Assembly (NCBI GenBank): GCA_043228905.1
Contig: JBHGNT010000046.1
Span: 62,001 to 126,000 of the forward strand
Length of the DNA stretch: 64,000 nucleotides
Direction of reading: 5' to 3'
DNA from: Azolla caroliniana
Lineage: Eukaryota > Plantae > Polypodiophyta
The notes under the pieces were generated by a model. That model did not search any database. It was not told the origin of the DNA and was given only the letters and a program-made list of their open reading frames with translations. How positions within the stretch are numbered: position 1 is the stretch's first letter; every line of letters starts with the position of its first letter. Position numbers and translations under genes: made by a program. Positions 12,861-27,720 of the stretch are shown one piece after another.

Positions 12861-15800
12861 TCACACGAGCCACGTATGAACATTTTAATTTTCCTACTAG
12901 CTCTTCCCAACTCACTCCTCAAATTTGCTAATTTCGTCATGTCTCTCGACCTGAGTTTCAAAATCTTGATTTTTTAATTGCATATTATAGCTAGCGCTGT
13001 CAGCTTCGATACGCATGTTTGAACACAAAAATCCGATATCACACGAGCAAGGTATGAACATTTTGTTTTACTCAAGGGCTCCTCTCAACTCCCTCCTCAT
13101 GTTTGGTAATTTCGTCATGTCTCTCGACCTGAGTTTCAAAATCTTGATTTTTTAATTCCATATCATAGCTAGCGTTGTTAGCTTCGATTCGCATGTTTGA
13201 ACACAAAAATCCGATATTACACGAGCCAGGTATGAACATTGTATTTTACTCAAGGGCTCCTCTGAACTCCCTCCTAAAATTTGGTAATTTCATCATGTCT
13301 TTCGACCTGAGTTTCAAAATCTCGATTTTTTAATTCCATATCATAGCTAGTGTTGTTAGCTTCGATTCGCATGTTTGAGCACAAAAATCCGATATCACAC
13401 GAGCCACGTATGAACATTTTATTTTACCTCCAAGCTATTCTCAACTCACTCGTCAAATTTGGTAATTTCGTCATGTCTCTCGACCTGAGTTTCAAAATCT
13501 TGATTTTTTAATTCCATATCATAGCTAGCGCTGTTAGCTTCGATTCGCATGTTTGAACACAAAAATCCGATATCACACGAGCAAGGTATGAACATTTTGT
13601 TTTACTCAAGGGCTCCTCTCAACTCCCTCCTCATGTTTGGTAATTTCGTCATGTCTCTGGACCTGAGTTTCAAAATCTTGATTTTTTAATTCCATATCAT
13701 AGCTAGCGTTGTTAGCTTCGATTCGCATGTTTGAGCACAAAAATTCGATATCACACTCGCCAGGTATGAACATTTTAATTTACTCAAGGCCTCCTCTCAA
13801 CTAACTCCTCAAATTTGGTAATTTCGTCATGTCTCTCGACCTGAGTTTCAAAATCTTGATTTTTTAATTCCATATCATAGCTAGCGTTGTTAGCTTCGAT
13901 TCGCATGTTTGAACACAAAAATCCGATATCACACGAGCCAGGTATGAACATTTTAATTTACTGAAGGGCTCCTCTCAACTCCCTCCTCATGTTTGGTAAT
14001 TTCGTCATGTCTCTCGACCTGAGTTTCAAAATCTTGATTTTTTAATTCCATATCATAGCTAGCGTTGTTAGCTTCGATTCGCATGTTTGAACACAAAAAT
14101 CCGATATTACACGTGCCAGGTATGAACATTTTAATTTACTCAAGGGCTCCTCTCAACTCACTCCTCAAATTTGGTAATTTCGTCATGTCTCTCGACCTGA
14201 GTTTCAAAATCTTGATTTTGTAAATCCATATCATAGCTAGCGTTGTTAGCTTCGATTCGCATGTTTGAACTCAAAAATCCGATATCACACGACCCAGGTA
14301 TGAACATTTTAATTTACTCAAGGGCTCTTCCCAACTCACTCCTCAAATTTGGTAATTTCGTCATGTCTCTCGACTTGAGTTTCAAAATCTTGATTTTTTA
14401 ATGCCATATCATAGCTAGCGTTGTTAGCTTCGATTCGCATGTTTGAACACAAACATCCGATATCACACGAGCAAGGAATGAACATTTTAATTTACTCAAG
14501 GGCTCCTCTGAACTGCCTCCTAAAATTTGGTAATTTCATCATGTCTTTCGACCTGAGTTTCAAAATCTCGATTTTTTAATTCCATAGCATAGCTAGTGCT
14601 GTTAGCTTCGATTCGCATGTTTGAGCACAAAAATCCGATATCACACGACCCACGTATGAACATTTTAATTTTCCTACTAGCTCTTCCCAACTCACTCCTC
14701 AAATTTGGTAATTGCGTCATGTCTCTCGACCTGAGTTTCAAAATCTTGATTTTTTAATTCCATATCATAGGTAGCGTTGTTAGCTTCGATTCTCATGTTT
14801 GAGCACAAAAATCCGATATCACACTCGCCTGGTATGAACATTTTAATTTACTCAAGGGCTCCTCTCAACTCACTCCTCAAATTTGGTAATTTCGTCATGT
14901 CTCTCGACCTGAGTTTCAAAATCTTGATTTTTTAATTCGATATCATAGCTAGCGTTGTTAGCTTCGATTCGCATGTTTGAACACAGAAATCCGATATCAC
15001 ACGACCCAGGTATGAACATTTTAATTTACTCAAGGGCTCCTCTCAACTAACTCCTCAAATTTGGTAATTTCGTCATGTCTCTCGACCTGAGTTTCAAAAT
15101 CTTGATTTTTTAATTCCATATCATAGCTAGCGTTGTTAGCTTCGATTCGCATGTTTGAACACAAAAATCCGATATCACACGAGCAAGGTATGAACATTTT
15201 GTTTTACTCAAGGGCTCCTCTCAACTCCCTACTCATGTTTGGTAATTTCGTCATGTCTCTCGACCTGAGTTTCAAAATCTTGATTTTTTAATTCCATATC
15301 ATAGCTAGCGTTGTTAGCTTCGATTCGCATGTTTGAACACAAAAATGCGATATAACACGAGCCAGGTATGAACATTTTAATTTACCTCCAAGCTATTCTC
15401 AACTGTCTCCTCAAATTTGCTAATTTCATCATGTCTCTCGACCTGAGTTTCAAAATCTTGATTTTTTAATTCTATATCATAGCTAGCGTTGTTAGCTTCG
15501 ATTCGCATGTTTGAACACAAAAATTCGATATCACACTCGCCAGGTATGAACATATTAATTTACTCAAGGGCTCCTCTCAACTCACTCCTCAAATTTGGTA
15601 ATTTCGTCATGTCTCTCGACCTGAGTTTCAAAATCTTGATTTTTTATTTCTATATCATAGCTAGCGTTGTTAGCTTCGATTCGCATGTTTGAACACAAAA
15701 ATGCGATATAACACGAGCCAGGTATGAACATTTTAATTTACCTCCAAGAAATTCTCAACTGTCTCCTCAAATTTGCTAATTTCATCATGTCTCTCGACCT

Positions 15801-17769
15801 GAGTTTCAAAATCTTGATTTTTTAATTCTATATCATAGCTAGCGTTGTTAGCTTCGATTCGCATGTTTGAACACAAAAATTCGATATCACACTCGCCAGG
15901 TATGAACATTTTAATTTACTCAAGGGCTCCTCTCAACTCACTCCTCAAATTTGGTAATTTCGTCATGTCTCTCGACCTGAGTTTCAAAATCTTGATTTTT
16001 TAATTCGATATCATAGCTAGCGTTGTTAGCTTCGATTCGCATGTTTGAACACAAGAATCCGATAGCACACGAGCCAGGTATGAACATTTTAATTTACTCA
16101 AGGGCTCCTCTCAACTCACTCCTGAAATTTGGTAATTTCATCATGTCTCTCGACTTGAGTTTCAAAATCCTTATTTTTTAATTCCATATCATAGCTAGCG
16201 TTGTTAGCTTCGATTCGCATGTTTGAACACAAAAATCCGATATCACACTCGCCAGGTATGAACATTTTAATTTACTCAAGGGCTCCTCTCAACTCACTCC
16301 TCAAATTTGGTAATTTTGTCATGTCTCTCGACCTGAGTTTCCAAATCTTAATTTTTTAATTCGATATCATAGCTAGCGTTGTTAGCTTCGATTCGCATGT
16401 TTGAACACAAAAATCCGATATCACACGACCCAGGTATGAACATTTTAATTTACTCAAGCGCTCTTCCCAACTCACTCCTCAAATTTGGTAATTTCGTCAT
16501 GTCTCTCGACCTGAGTTTCAAAATCTTGATTTTTTAATGCCATATCATAGCTAGCGTTGTTAGCTTCGATTCGCATATTTGAACACAAAAATCCGATATC
16601 ACACGACCCACGTATGAACATTTTAATTTACCTCCAAGCTATTCTCAACTGACTCCTCAAATTTGCTAATTTCGTCATGTCTCTCGACCTGAGTTTCAAA
16701 ATCTTGATTTTTTAATGCCATATCATAGCTAGCGTTGTTAGCTTCGATTCGCATGTTTGAACACAAACATCCGATAGCACACGAGCCAGGTATGAACATT
16801 TTCATTTACCTCCAAGCTATTCTCAACTTACTCCTCAAATTTGCTAATTTCATCAAGTCTCTTGACCTGAGTTTCAAAAACTTGATTTTTTAATTCTATA
16901 TCATAGCTAGCGTTGTTAGCTGCGATTCGCATGTTTGACCACAAAAATCCGATATCACACGAGCCAGGTATGAACATTTTAATTTTCCTACTAGCTCTTC
17001 CCAACTCACTCCTCAAATTTGGTAATTTCGTCATGTCTCTCGACCTGAGTTTCAAAATCTTGATTTTGGATTTCTATATCATAGCTAGCGTTTTTAGCTT
17101 CGATTCGCATGTTTGAACACAAAAATGCGATATCACACGAGCCAGGTATGAACATTTTAATTTACTCAAGGGCTCCTCTCAACTCACTCCTCAAATTTGG
17201 CAATTTTGTCATGTCTCTCGACCTGAGTTTCAAAATCTTGATTTTTTATTTCTATATCATAGCTAGCAATGTTAGCTTCGATTCGCATGTTTGAACACAA
17301 AAATGCGATATCACACGAGCCAGGTATGAACATTTTCATTTACTCCAGGGCTCCTCTCAACTCCCTCCTCATGTTTGGTAATTTCATCATGTCTCTCGAC
17401 CTGAGTTTCAAAATCTTGATTTTTTAATTCCATATCATAGCTAGCGTTGTTAGCTTCGATTCGCATGTTTGAACACAAAAATCCGATATCACACGAGCCA
17501 GGTATGAACATTTTAATTTACTCAAGGGCTCCTCTCAACTCACTCGTCAAATTTGGTAATTTCGTCATGGTTCTCGACCTGAGTTTCATAATCTTGATTT
17601 TTTAATTCCATATCATAGCTAGCGATGTTAGCTTCGATTCGCATGTTTGAACACAAAAATCCGATATCACACGAGCCAGGTATGAACATTTTCATTTACC
17701 TCCAAGCTATTCTCAACTTACTCCTCAAATTTGCTAATTTCATCATGTCTCTCGACCTGAGTTTCAAAA

Positions 17770-20590
17770 TCTTGATTTTTTAATTCCATATCATAGCTAG
17801 CGTTGTTAGCTTCGATTCGCATGTTTGAACACAAAAATCCGATATCACACGAGCCACGTATGAACATTTTAATTTTCCTACTAGCTCTTCCCAACTCACT
17901 CCTCAAATTTGCTAATTTCGTCATGTCTCTCGACCTGAGTTTCAAAATCTTGATTTTTTAATTGCATATTATAGCTAGCGCTGTCAGCTTCGATACGCAT
18001 GTTTGAACACAAAAATCTGATATCACACGAGCAAGGTATGAACATTTTGTTTTACTCAAGGGCTCCTCTCAACTCCCTCCTCATGTTTGGTAATTTCGTC
18101 ATGTCTCTCGACCTAAGTTTCAAAATCTTGATTTTTTAATTCCATATCATAGCTAGCGTTGTTAGCTTCGATTCGCATGTTTGAACACAAAAATCCGATA
18201 TTACACGAGCCAGGTATGAACATTGTATTTTACTCAAGGGCTCCTCTGAACTCCCTCCTAAAATTTGGTAATTTCATCATGTCTTTCGACCTGAGTTTCA
18301 AAATCTCGATTTTTTAATTCCATATCATAGCTAGTGTTGTTAGCTTCGATTCGCATGTTTGAGCACAAAAATCCGATATCACACGAGCCACGTATGAACA
18401 TTTTATTTTACCTCCAAGCTATTCTCAACTCACTCGTCAAATTTGGTAATTTCGTCATGTCTCTCTACCTGAGTTTCAAAATCTTGATTTTTTAATTCCA
18501 TATCATAGCTAGCGCTGTTAGCTTCGATTCGCATGTTTGAACACAAAAATCCGATATCACACGAGCAAGGTATGAACATTTTGTTTTACTCAAGGGCTCT
18601 TCTCAACTCCCTCCTCATGTTTGGTAATTTCGTCATGTCTCTGGACCTGAGTTTCAAAATCTTGATTTTTTAATTCCATATCATAGCTAGCGTTGTTAGC
18701 TTCGATTCGCATGTTTGAGCACAAAAATTCGATATCACACTCGCCAGGTATGAACATTTTAATTTACTCAAGGCCTCCTCTCAACTAACTCCTCAAATTT
18801 GGTAATTTCGTCATGTCTCTCGACCTGAGTTTCAAAATCTTGATTTTTTATTTCTATATCATAGCTAGCAATGTTAGCTTCGATTCGCATGTTTGAACAC
18901 AGAAATGCGATATCACACGAGCCAGGTATGAACATTTTCATTTACTCAAGGGCTCCTCTCAACTCCCTCCTCATGTTTGGTAATTTCGTCATGTCTCTCG
19001 ACCTGTGTTTCAAAATCTTGATTTTTTAATTCCATATCATAGCTAGCGTTGTTAGCTTCGATTCGCATGTTTGAACACAAAAATCCGATATCACACGAGC
19101 CACGTATGAACATTTTAATTTTCCTACTAGCTCTTCCCAACTCACTCCTCAAATTTGCTAATTTCGTCATGTCTCTCGACCTGAGTTTCAAAATCTTGAT
19201 TTTTTAATTGCATATTATAGCTAGCGTTGTTAGCTTCGATTCGCATGTTTGAACACAAAAATTCGATATCACACTCGCCAGGTATGAACATTTTAATTTA
19301 CTCAAGGGCTCCTCTCAACTGACTCCTCAAATTTGGTAATTGCGTCATGTCTCTCGACCTGAGTTTCAAAATCTTGATTTTTTAATTCCATATCATAGCT
19401 AGCGTTGTTAGCTTCGATTCGCATGTTTGAACACAAAAATCCGATATCACACGAGCCACGTATGAACATTTTAATTTTCCTACTAGCTCTTCCCAACTCA
19501 CTCCTCAAATTTGCTAATTTCGTCATGTCTCTCGACCTGAGTTTCAAAATCTTGATTTTTTAATTGCATATTATAGCTAGCGCTGTCAGCTTCGATACGC
19601 ATGTTTGAACACAAAAATCTGATATCACACGAGCAAGGTATGAACATTTTGTTTTACTCAAGGGCTCCTCTCAACTCCCTCCTCATGTTTGGTAATTTCG
19701 TCATGTCTCTCGACCTAAGTTTCAAAATCTTGATTTTTTAATTCCATATCATAGCTAGCGTTGTTAGCTTCGATTCGCATGTTTGAACACAAAAATCCGA
19801 TATTACACGAGCCAGGTATGAACATTGTATTTTACTCAAGGGCTCCTCTGAACTCCCTCCTAAAATTTGGTAATTTCATCATGTCTTTCGACCTGAGTTT
19901 CAAAATCTCGATTTTTTAATTCCATATCATAGCTAGTGTTGTTAGCTTCGATTCGCATGTTTGAGCACAAAAATCCGATATCACACGAGCCACGTATGAA
20001 CATTTTATTTTACCTCCAAGCTATTCTCAACTCACTCGTCAAATTTGGTAATTTCGTCATGTCTCTCTACCTGAGTTTCAAAATCTTGATTTTTTAATTC
20101 CATATCATAGCTAGCGCTGTTAGCTTCGATTCGCATGTTTGAACACAAAAATCCGATATCACACGAGCAAGGTATGAACATTTTGTTTTACTCAAGGGCT
20201 CTTCTCAACTCCCTCCTCATGTTTGGTAATTTCGTCATGTCTCTGGACCTGAGTTTCAAAATCTTGATTTTTTAATTCCATATCATAGCTAGCGTTGTTA
20301 GCTTCGATTCGCATGTTTGAGCACAAAAATTCGATATCACACTCGCCAGGTATGAACATTTTAATTTACTCAAGGCCTCCTCTCAACTAACTCCTCAAAT
20401 TTGGTAATTTCGTCATGTCTCTCGACCTGAGTTTCAAAATCTTGATTTTTTATTTCTATATCATAGCTAGCAATGTTAGCTTCGATTCGCATGTTTGAAC
20501 ACAGAAATGCGATATCACACGAGCCAGGTATGAACATTTTCATTTACTCAAGGGCTCCTCTCAACTCCCTCCTCATGTTTGGTAATTTCA
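17770..20590 (+). repeat. 9-monomer HOR (1602 bp), about 1.75 copies
   Basis: Markers ctgtcagc (17981/19583), aaatctgatatc, gacctaagtt and acagaaatgcg recur at +1602. ORF ends are 17945 and 19547. Boundaries are approximate. Confidence 0.82.
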
Positions 20591-21859
20591 TCATGTCTCT
20601 CGACGTGAGTTTCAAAATCTTGATTTTTTATTTCTATATCATAGCTAGCGTTGTTAGCTTCGATTCGCATGTTTGAACACAAAAATCCGATATCACACGA
20701 GCCAGGTATGAACATTTTAATTTACTCAAGGGCTCCTCTCAACTCACTCCTGAAATTTGGTAATTTCATCATGTCTCTCGACTTGAGTTTCAAAATCCTT
20801 ATTTTTTAATTCCATATCATAGCTAGCGTTGTTAGCTTCGATTCGCATGTTTGAACACAAAAATCCGATATCACACTCGCCAGGTATGAACATTTTAATT
20901 TACTCAAGGGCTCCTCTCAACTCACTCCTCAAATTTGGTAATTTTGTCATGTCTCTCGACCTGAGTTTCCAAATCTTAATTTTTTAATTCGATATCATAG
21001 CTAGCGTTGTTAGCTTCGATTCGCATGTTTGAACACAAAAATCCGATATCACACGACCCAGGTATGAACATTTTAATTTACTCAAGCGCTCTTCCCAACT
21101 CACTCCTCAAATTTGGTAATTTCGTCATGTCTCTCGACCTGAGTTTCAAAATCTTGATTTTTTAATGCCATATCATAGCTAGCGTTGTTAGCTTCGATTC
21201 GCATATTTGAACACAAAAATCCGATATCACACGACCCACGTATGAACATTTTAATTTACCTCCAAGCTATTCTCAACTGACTCCTCAAATTTGCTAATTT
21301 CGTCATGTCTCTCGACCTGAGTTTCAAAATCTTGATTTTTTAATGCCATATCATAGCTAGCGTTGTTAGCTTCGATTCGCATGTTTGAACACAAACATCC
21401 GATAGCACACGAGCCAGGTATGAACATTTTCATTTACCTCCAAGCTATTCTCAACTTACTCCTCAAATTTGCTAATTTCATCAAGTCTCTTGACCTGAGT
21501 TTCAAAAACTTGATTTTTTAATTCTATATCATAGCTAGCGTTGTTAGCTGCGATTCGCATGTTTGACCACAAAAATCCGATATCACACGAGCCAGGTATG
21601 AACATTTTAATTTTCCTACTAGCTCTTCCCAACTCACTCCTCAAATTTGGTAATTTCGTCATGTCTCTCGACCTGAGTTTCAAAATCTTGATTTTGGATT
21701 TCTATATCATAGCTAGCGTTTTTAGCTTCGATTCGCATGTTTGAACACAAAAATGCGATATCACACGAGCCAGGTATGAACATTTTAATTTACTCAAGGG
21801 CTCCTCTCAACTCACTCCTCAAATTTGGCAATTTTGTCATGTCTCTCGACCTGAGTTTC

Positions 21860-24800
21860 AAAATCTTGATTTTTTATTTCTATATCATAGCTAGCAATGT
21901 TAGCTTCGATTCGCATGTTTGAACACAAAAATGCGATATCACACGAGCCAGGTATGAACATTTTCATTTACTCAAGGGCTCCTCTCAACTCCCTCCTCAT
22001 GTTTGGTAATTTCATCATGTCTCTCGACGTGAGTTTCAAAATCTTGATTTTTTAATTCCATATCATAGCTAGCGTTGTTAGCTTCGATTCGCATGTTTGA
22101 ACACAAAAATCCGATATCACACGAGCCAGGTATGAACATTTTAATTTACTCAAGGGCTCCTCTCAACTCACTCGTCAAATTTGGTAATTTCGTCATGGTT
22201 CTCGACCTGAGTTTCATAATCTTGATTTTTTAATTCCATATCATAGCTAGCGATGTTAGCTTCGATTCGCATGTTTGAACACAAAAATCCGATATCACAC
22301 GAGCCAGGTATGAACATTTTCATTTACCTCCAAGCTATTCTCAACTTACTCCTCAAATTTGCTAATTTCATCATGTCTCTCGACCTGAGTTTCAAAATCT
22401 TGATTTTTTAATGCCATATCATAGCTAGCGTTGTTAGCTTCGATTCGCATGTTTGAGCATAAAAATTCGATATCACACGAGCCAGGTATGAACATTTTAA
22501 TTTACTCAAGGGCTCCTCTCAACTCACTCCTCAAATTTGGTAATTTCATCATGTCTCTCGACCTGAGTTTCAAAATCTTGATTTTTTAATTCCATATCAT
22601 AGCTAACGTTGTTAGCTTCGATTCGCATGTTTGAACACAAAAATCCGATATCACACGAGCCACGTATGAACATTTTAATTTTCCTACTAGCTCTTCCCAA
22701 CTCACTCCTCAAATTTGCTAATTTCGTCATGTCTCTCGACCTGAGTTTCAAAATCTTGATTTTTTAATTGCATATTATAGCTAGCGCTGTCAGCTTCGAT
22801 ACGCATGTTTGAACACAAAAATCCGATATCACACGAGCAAGGTATGAACATTTTGTTTTACTCAAGGGCTCCTCTCAACTCCCTCCTCATGTTTGGTAAT
22901 TTCGTCATGTCTCTCGACCTAAGTTTCAAAATCTTGATTTTTTAATTCCATATCATAGCTAGCGTTGTTAGCTTCGATTCGCATGTTTGAACACAAAAAT
23001 CCGATATTACACGAGCCAGGTATGAACATTGTATTTTACTCAAGGGCTCCTCTGAACTCCCTCCTAAAATTTGGTAATTTCATCATGTCTTTCGACCTGA
23101 GTTTCAAAATCTCGATTTTTTAATTCCATATCATAGCTAGTGTTGTTAGCTTCGATTCGCATGTTTGAGCACAAAAATCCGATATCACACGAGCCACGTA
23201 TGAACATTTTATTTTACCTCCAAGCTATTCTCAACTCACTCGTCAAATTTGGTAATTTCGTCATGTCTCTCTACCTGAGTTTCAAAATCTTGATTTTTTA
23301 ATTCCATATCATAGCTAGCGCTTTTAGCTTCGATTCGCATGTTTGAACACAAAAATCCGATATCACACGAGCAAGGTATGAACATTTTGTTTTACTCAAG
23401 GGCTCTTCTCAACTCCCTCCTCATGTTTGGTAATTTCGTCATGTCTCTGGACCTGAGTTTCAAAATCTTGATTTTTTAATTCCATATCATAGCTAGCGTT
23501 GTTAGCTTCGATTCGCATGTTTGAGCACAAAAATTCGATATCACACTCGCCAGGTATGAACATTTTAATTTACTCAAGGCCTCCTCTCAACTAACTCCTC
23601 AAATTTGGTAATTTCGTCATGTCTCTCGACCTGAGTTTCAAAATCTTGATTTTTTATTTCTATATCATAGCTAGCAATGTTAGCTTCGATTCGCATGTTT
23701 GAACACAGAAATGCGATATCACACGAGCCAGGTATGAACATTTTCATTTACTCAAGGGCTCCTCTCAACTCCCTCCTCATGTTTGGTAATTTCATCATGT
23801 CTCTCGACGTGAGTTTCAAAATCTTGATTTTTTAATTCCATATCATAGCTAGCGTTGTTAGCTTCGATTCGCATGTTTGAACACAAAAATCCGATATCAC
23901 ACGAGCCAGGTATGAACATTTTAATTTACTCAAGGGCTCCTCTCAACTCACTCGTCAAATTTGGTAATTTCGTCATGGTTCTCGACCTGAGTTTCATAAT
24001 CTTGATTTTTTAATTCCATATCATAGCTAGCGATGTTAGCTTCGATTCGCATGTTTGAACACAAAAATCCGATATCACACGAGCCAGGTATGAACATTTT
24101 CATTTACCTCCAAGCTATTCTCAACTTACTCCTCAAATTTGCTAATTTCATCATGTCTCTCGACCTGAGTTTCAAAATCTTGATTTTTTAATGCCATATC
24201 ATAGCTAGCGTTGTTAGCTTCGATTCGCATGTTTGAGCATAAAAATTCGATATCACACGAGCCAGGTATGAACATTTTAATTTACTCAAGGGCTCCTCTC
24301 AACTCACTCCTCAAATTTGGTAATTTCATCATGTCTCTCGACCTGAGTTTCAAAATCTTGATTTTTTAATTCCATATCATAGCTAGCGTTGTTAGCTTCG
24401 ATTCGCATGTTTGAACACAAAAATCCGATATCACACGAGCCACGTATGAACATTTTAATTTTCCTACTAGCTCTTCGCAACTCACTCCTCAAATTTGCTA
24501 ATTTCGTCATGTCTCTCGACCTGAGTTTCAAAATCTTGATTTTTTAATTGCATATTATAGCTAGCGCTGTCAGCTTCGATACGCATGTTTGAACACAAAA
24601 ATCCGATATCACACGAGCAAGGTATGAACATTTTGTTTTACTCAAGGGCTCCTCTCAACTCCCTCCTCATGTTTGGTAATTTCGTCATGTCTCTCGACCT
24701 GAGTTTCAAAATCTTGATTTTTTAATTCCATATCATAGCTAGCGTTGTTAGCTTCGATTCGCATGTTTGAACACAAAAATCCGATATTACACGAGCCAGG

Positions 24801-27720
24801 TATGAACATTGTATTTTACTCAAGGGCTCCTCTGAACTCCCTCCTAAAATTTGGTAATTTCATCATGTCTTTCGACCTGAGTTTCAAAATCTCGATTTTT
24901 TAATTCCATATCATAGCTAGTGTTGTTAGCTTCGATTCGCATGTTTGAGCACAAAAATCCGATATCACACGAGCCACGTATGAACATTTTATTTTACCTC
25001 CAAGCTATTCTCAACTCACTCGTCAAATTTGGTAATTTCGTCATGTCTCTCTACCTGAGTTTCAAAATCTTGATTTTTTAATTCCATATCATAGCTAGCG
25101 CTGTTAGCTTCGATTCGCATGTTTGAACACAAAAATCCGATATCACACGAGCAAGGTATGAACATTTTGTTTTACTCAAAGGCTCTTCTCAACTCCCTCC
25201 TCATGTTTGGTAATTTCGTCATGTCTCTGGACCTGAGTTTCAAAATCTTGATTTTTTAATTCTATATCATAGCTAGCGTTGTTAGCTTCGATTCGCATGT
25301 TTGAGCACAAAAATTCGATATCACACTCGCCAGGTATGAACATTTTAATTTACTCAAGGCCTCCTCTCAACTAACTCCTCAAATTTGGTAATTTCGTCAT
25401 GTCTCTCGACCTGAGTTTCAAAATCTTGATTTTTTAATTCCATATCATAGCTAGCGTTGTTAGCTTCGATTCGCATGTTTGAACACAAAAATCCGATATC
25501 ACACGAGCCAGGTATGAACATTTTAATTTACTGAAGGGCTCCTCTCAACTCCCTCCTCATGTTTGGTAATTTCGTCATGTCTCTCGACCTGAGTTTCAAA
25601 ATCTTGATTTTTTAATTCCATATCATAGCTAGCGTTGTTAGCTTCGATTCGCATGTTTGAACACAAAAATCCGATATTACACGTGCCAGGTATGAACATT
25701 TTAATTTACTCAAGGGCTCCTCTCAACTCACTCCTCAAATTTGGTAATTTCGTCATGTCTCTCGACCTGAGTTTCAAAATCTTGATTTTGTAAATCCATA
25801 TCATAGCTAGCGTTGTTAGCTTCGATTCGCATGTTTGAACTCAAAAATCCGATATCACACGACCCAGGTATGAACATTTTAATTTACTCAAGGGCTCTTC
25901 CCAACTCACTCCTCAAATTTGGTAATTTCGTCATGTCTCTCGACCTGAGTTTCAAAATCTTGATTTTTTAATTCGATATCATAGCTAGCGTTGTTAGCTT
26001 CGATTCGCATGTTTGAACACAAAAATCCGATAGCACACGAGCCAGGTATGAACATTTTAATTTACTCAAGGGCTCCTCTCAACTCACTCCTCAAATTTGG
26101 TAATTTCATCATGTCTCTCGACCTGAGTTTCAAAATCTTGATTTTTTAATTCCATATCATAGCTAGCGTTGTTAGCTTCGATTCGCATGTTTGAACACAA
26201 AAATCCGATATGACACGAGCCACGTATGAACATTTTAATTTTCCTACTAGCTCTTCCCAACTCACTCCTCAAATTTGCTAATTTCGTCATGTCTCTCGAC
26301 CTGAGTTTCAAAATCTTGATTTTTTAATTGCATATTATAGCTAGCGCTGTCAGCTTCGATACGCATGTTTGAACACAAAAATCCGATATCACACGAGCAA
26401 GGTATGAACATTTTGTTTTACTCAAGGGCTCCTCTCAACTCCCTCCTCATGTTTGGTAATTTCGTCATGTCTCTCGACCTGAGTTTCAAAATCTTGATTT
26501 TTTAATTCCATATCATAGCTAGCGTTGTTAGCTTCGATTCGCATGTTTGAACACAAAAATCCGATATTACACGAGCCAGGTATGAACATTGTATTTTACT
26601 CAAGGGCTCCTCTGAACTCCCTCCTAAAATTTGGTAATTTCATCATGTCTTTCGACCTGAGTTTCAAAATCTCGATTTTTTAATTCCATATCATAGCTAG
26701 TGTTGTTAGCTTCGATTCGCATGTTTGAGCACAAAAATCCGATATCACACGAGCCACGTATGAACATTTTATTTTACCTCCAAGCTATTCTCAACTCACT
26801 CGTCAAATTTGGTAATTTCGTCATGTCTCTCTACCTGAGTTTCAAAATCTTGATTTTTTAATTCCATATCATAGCTAGCGCTGTTAGCTTCGATTCGCAT
26901 GTTTGAACACAAAAATCCGATATCACACGAGCAAGGTATGAACATTTTGTTTTACTCAAAGGCTCTTCTCAACTCCCTCCTCATGTTTGGTAATTTCGTC
27001 ATGTCTCTGGACCTGAGTTTCAAAATCTTGATTTTTTAATTCCATATCATAGCTAGCGTTGTTAGCTTCGATTCGCATGTTTGAGCACAAAAATTCGATA
27101 TCACACTCGCCAGGTATGAACATTTTAATTTACTCAAGGCCTCCTCTCAACTAACTCCTCAAATTTGGTAATTTCGTCATGTCTCTCGACCTGAGTTTCA
27201 AAATCTTGATTGTTTAATTCCATATCATAGCTAGCGTTGTTAGCTTCGATTCGCATGTTTGAACACAAAAATCCGATATCACACGAGCCAGGTATGAACA
27301 TTTTAATTTACTGAAGGGCTCCTCTCAACTCCCTCCTCATGTTTGGTAATTTCGTCATGTCTCTCGACCTGAGTTGCAAAATCTTGATTTTTTAATTCCA
27401 TATCATAGCTAGCGTTGTTAGCTTCGATTCGCATGTTTGAACACAAAAATCCGATATTACACGTGCCAGGTATGAACATTTTAATTTACTCAAGGGCTCC
27501 TCTCAACTCACTCCTCAAATTTGGTAATTTCGTCATGTCTCTCGACCTGAGTTTCAAAATCTTGATTTTGTAAATCCATATCATAGCTAGCGTTGTTAGC
27601 TTCGATTCGCATGTTTGAACTCAAAAATCCGATATCACACGACCCAGGTATGAACATTTTAATTTACTCAAGGGCTCTTCCCAACTCACTCCTCAAATTT
27701 GGTAATTTCGTCATGTCTCT
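21860..27720 (+). repeat. 10-monomer HOR (1780 bp), about 3.3 copies with a change in monomer composition midway
   Basis: ORF markers 22524/24304/26084 and the motif ctgtcagc at 22787/24567/26347 are spaced 1780 bp apart. Boundaries are approximate. Confidence 0.87.
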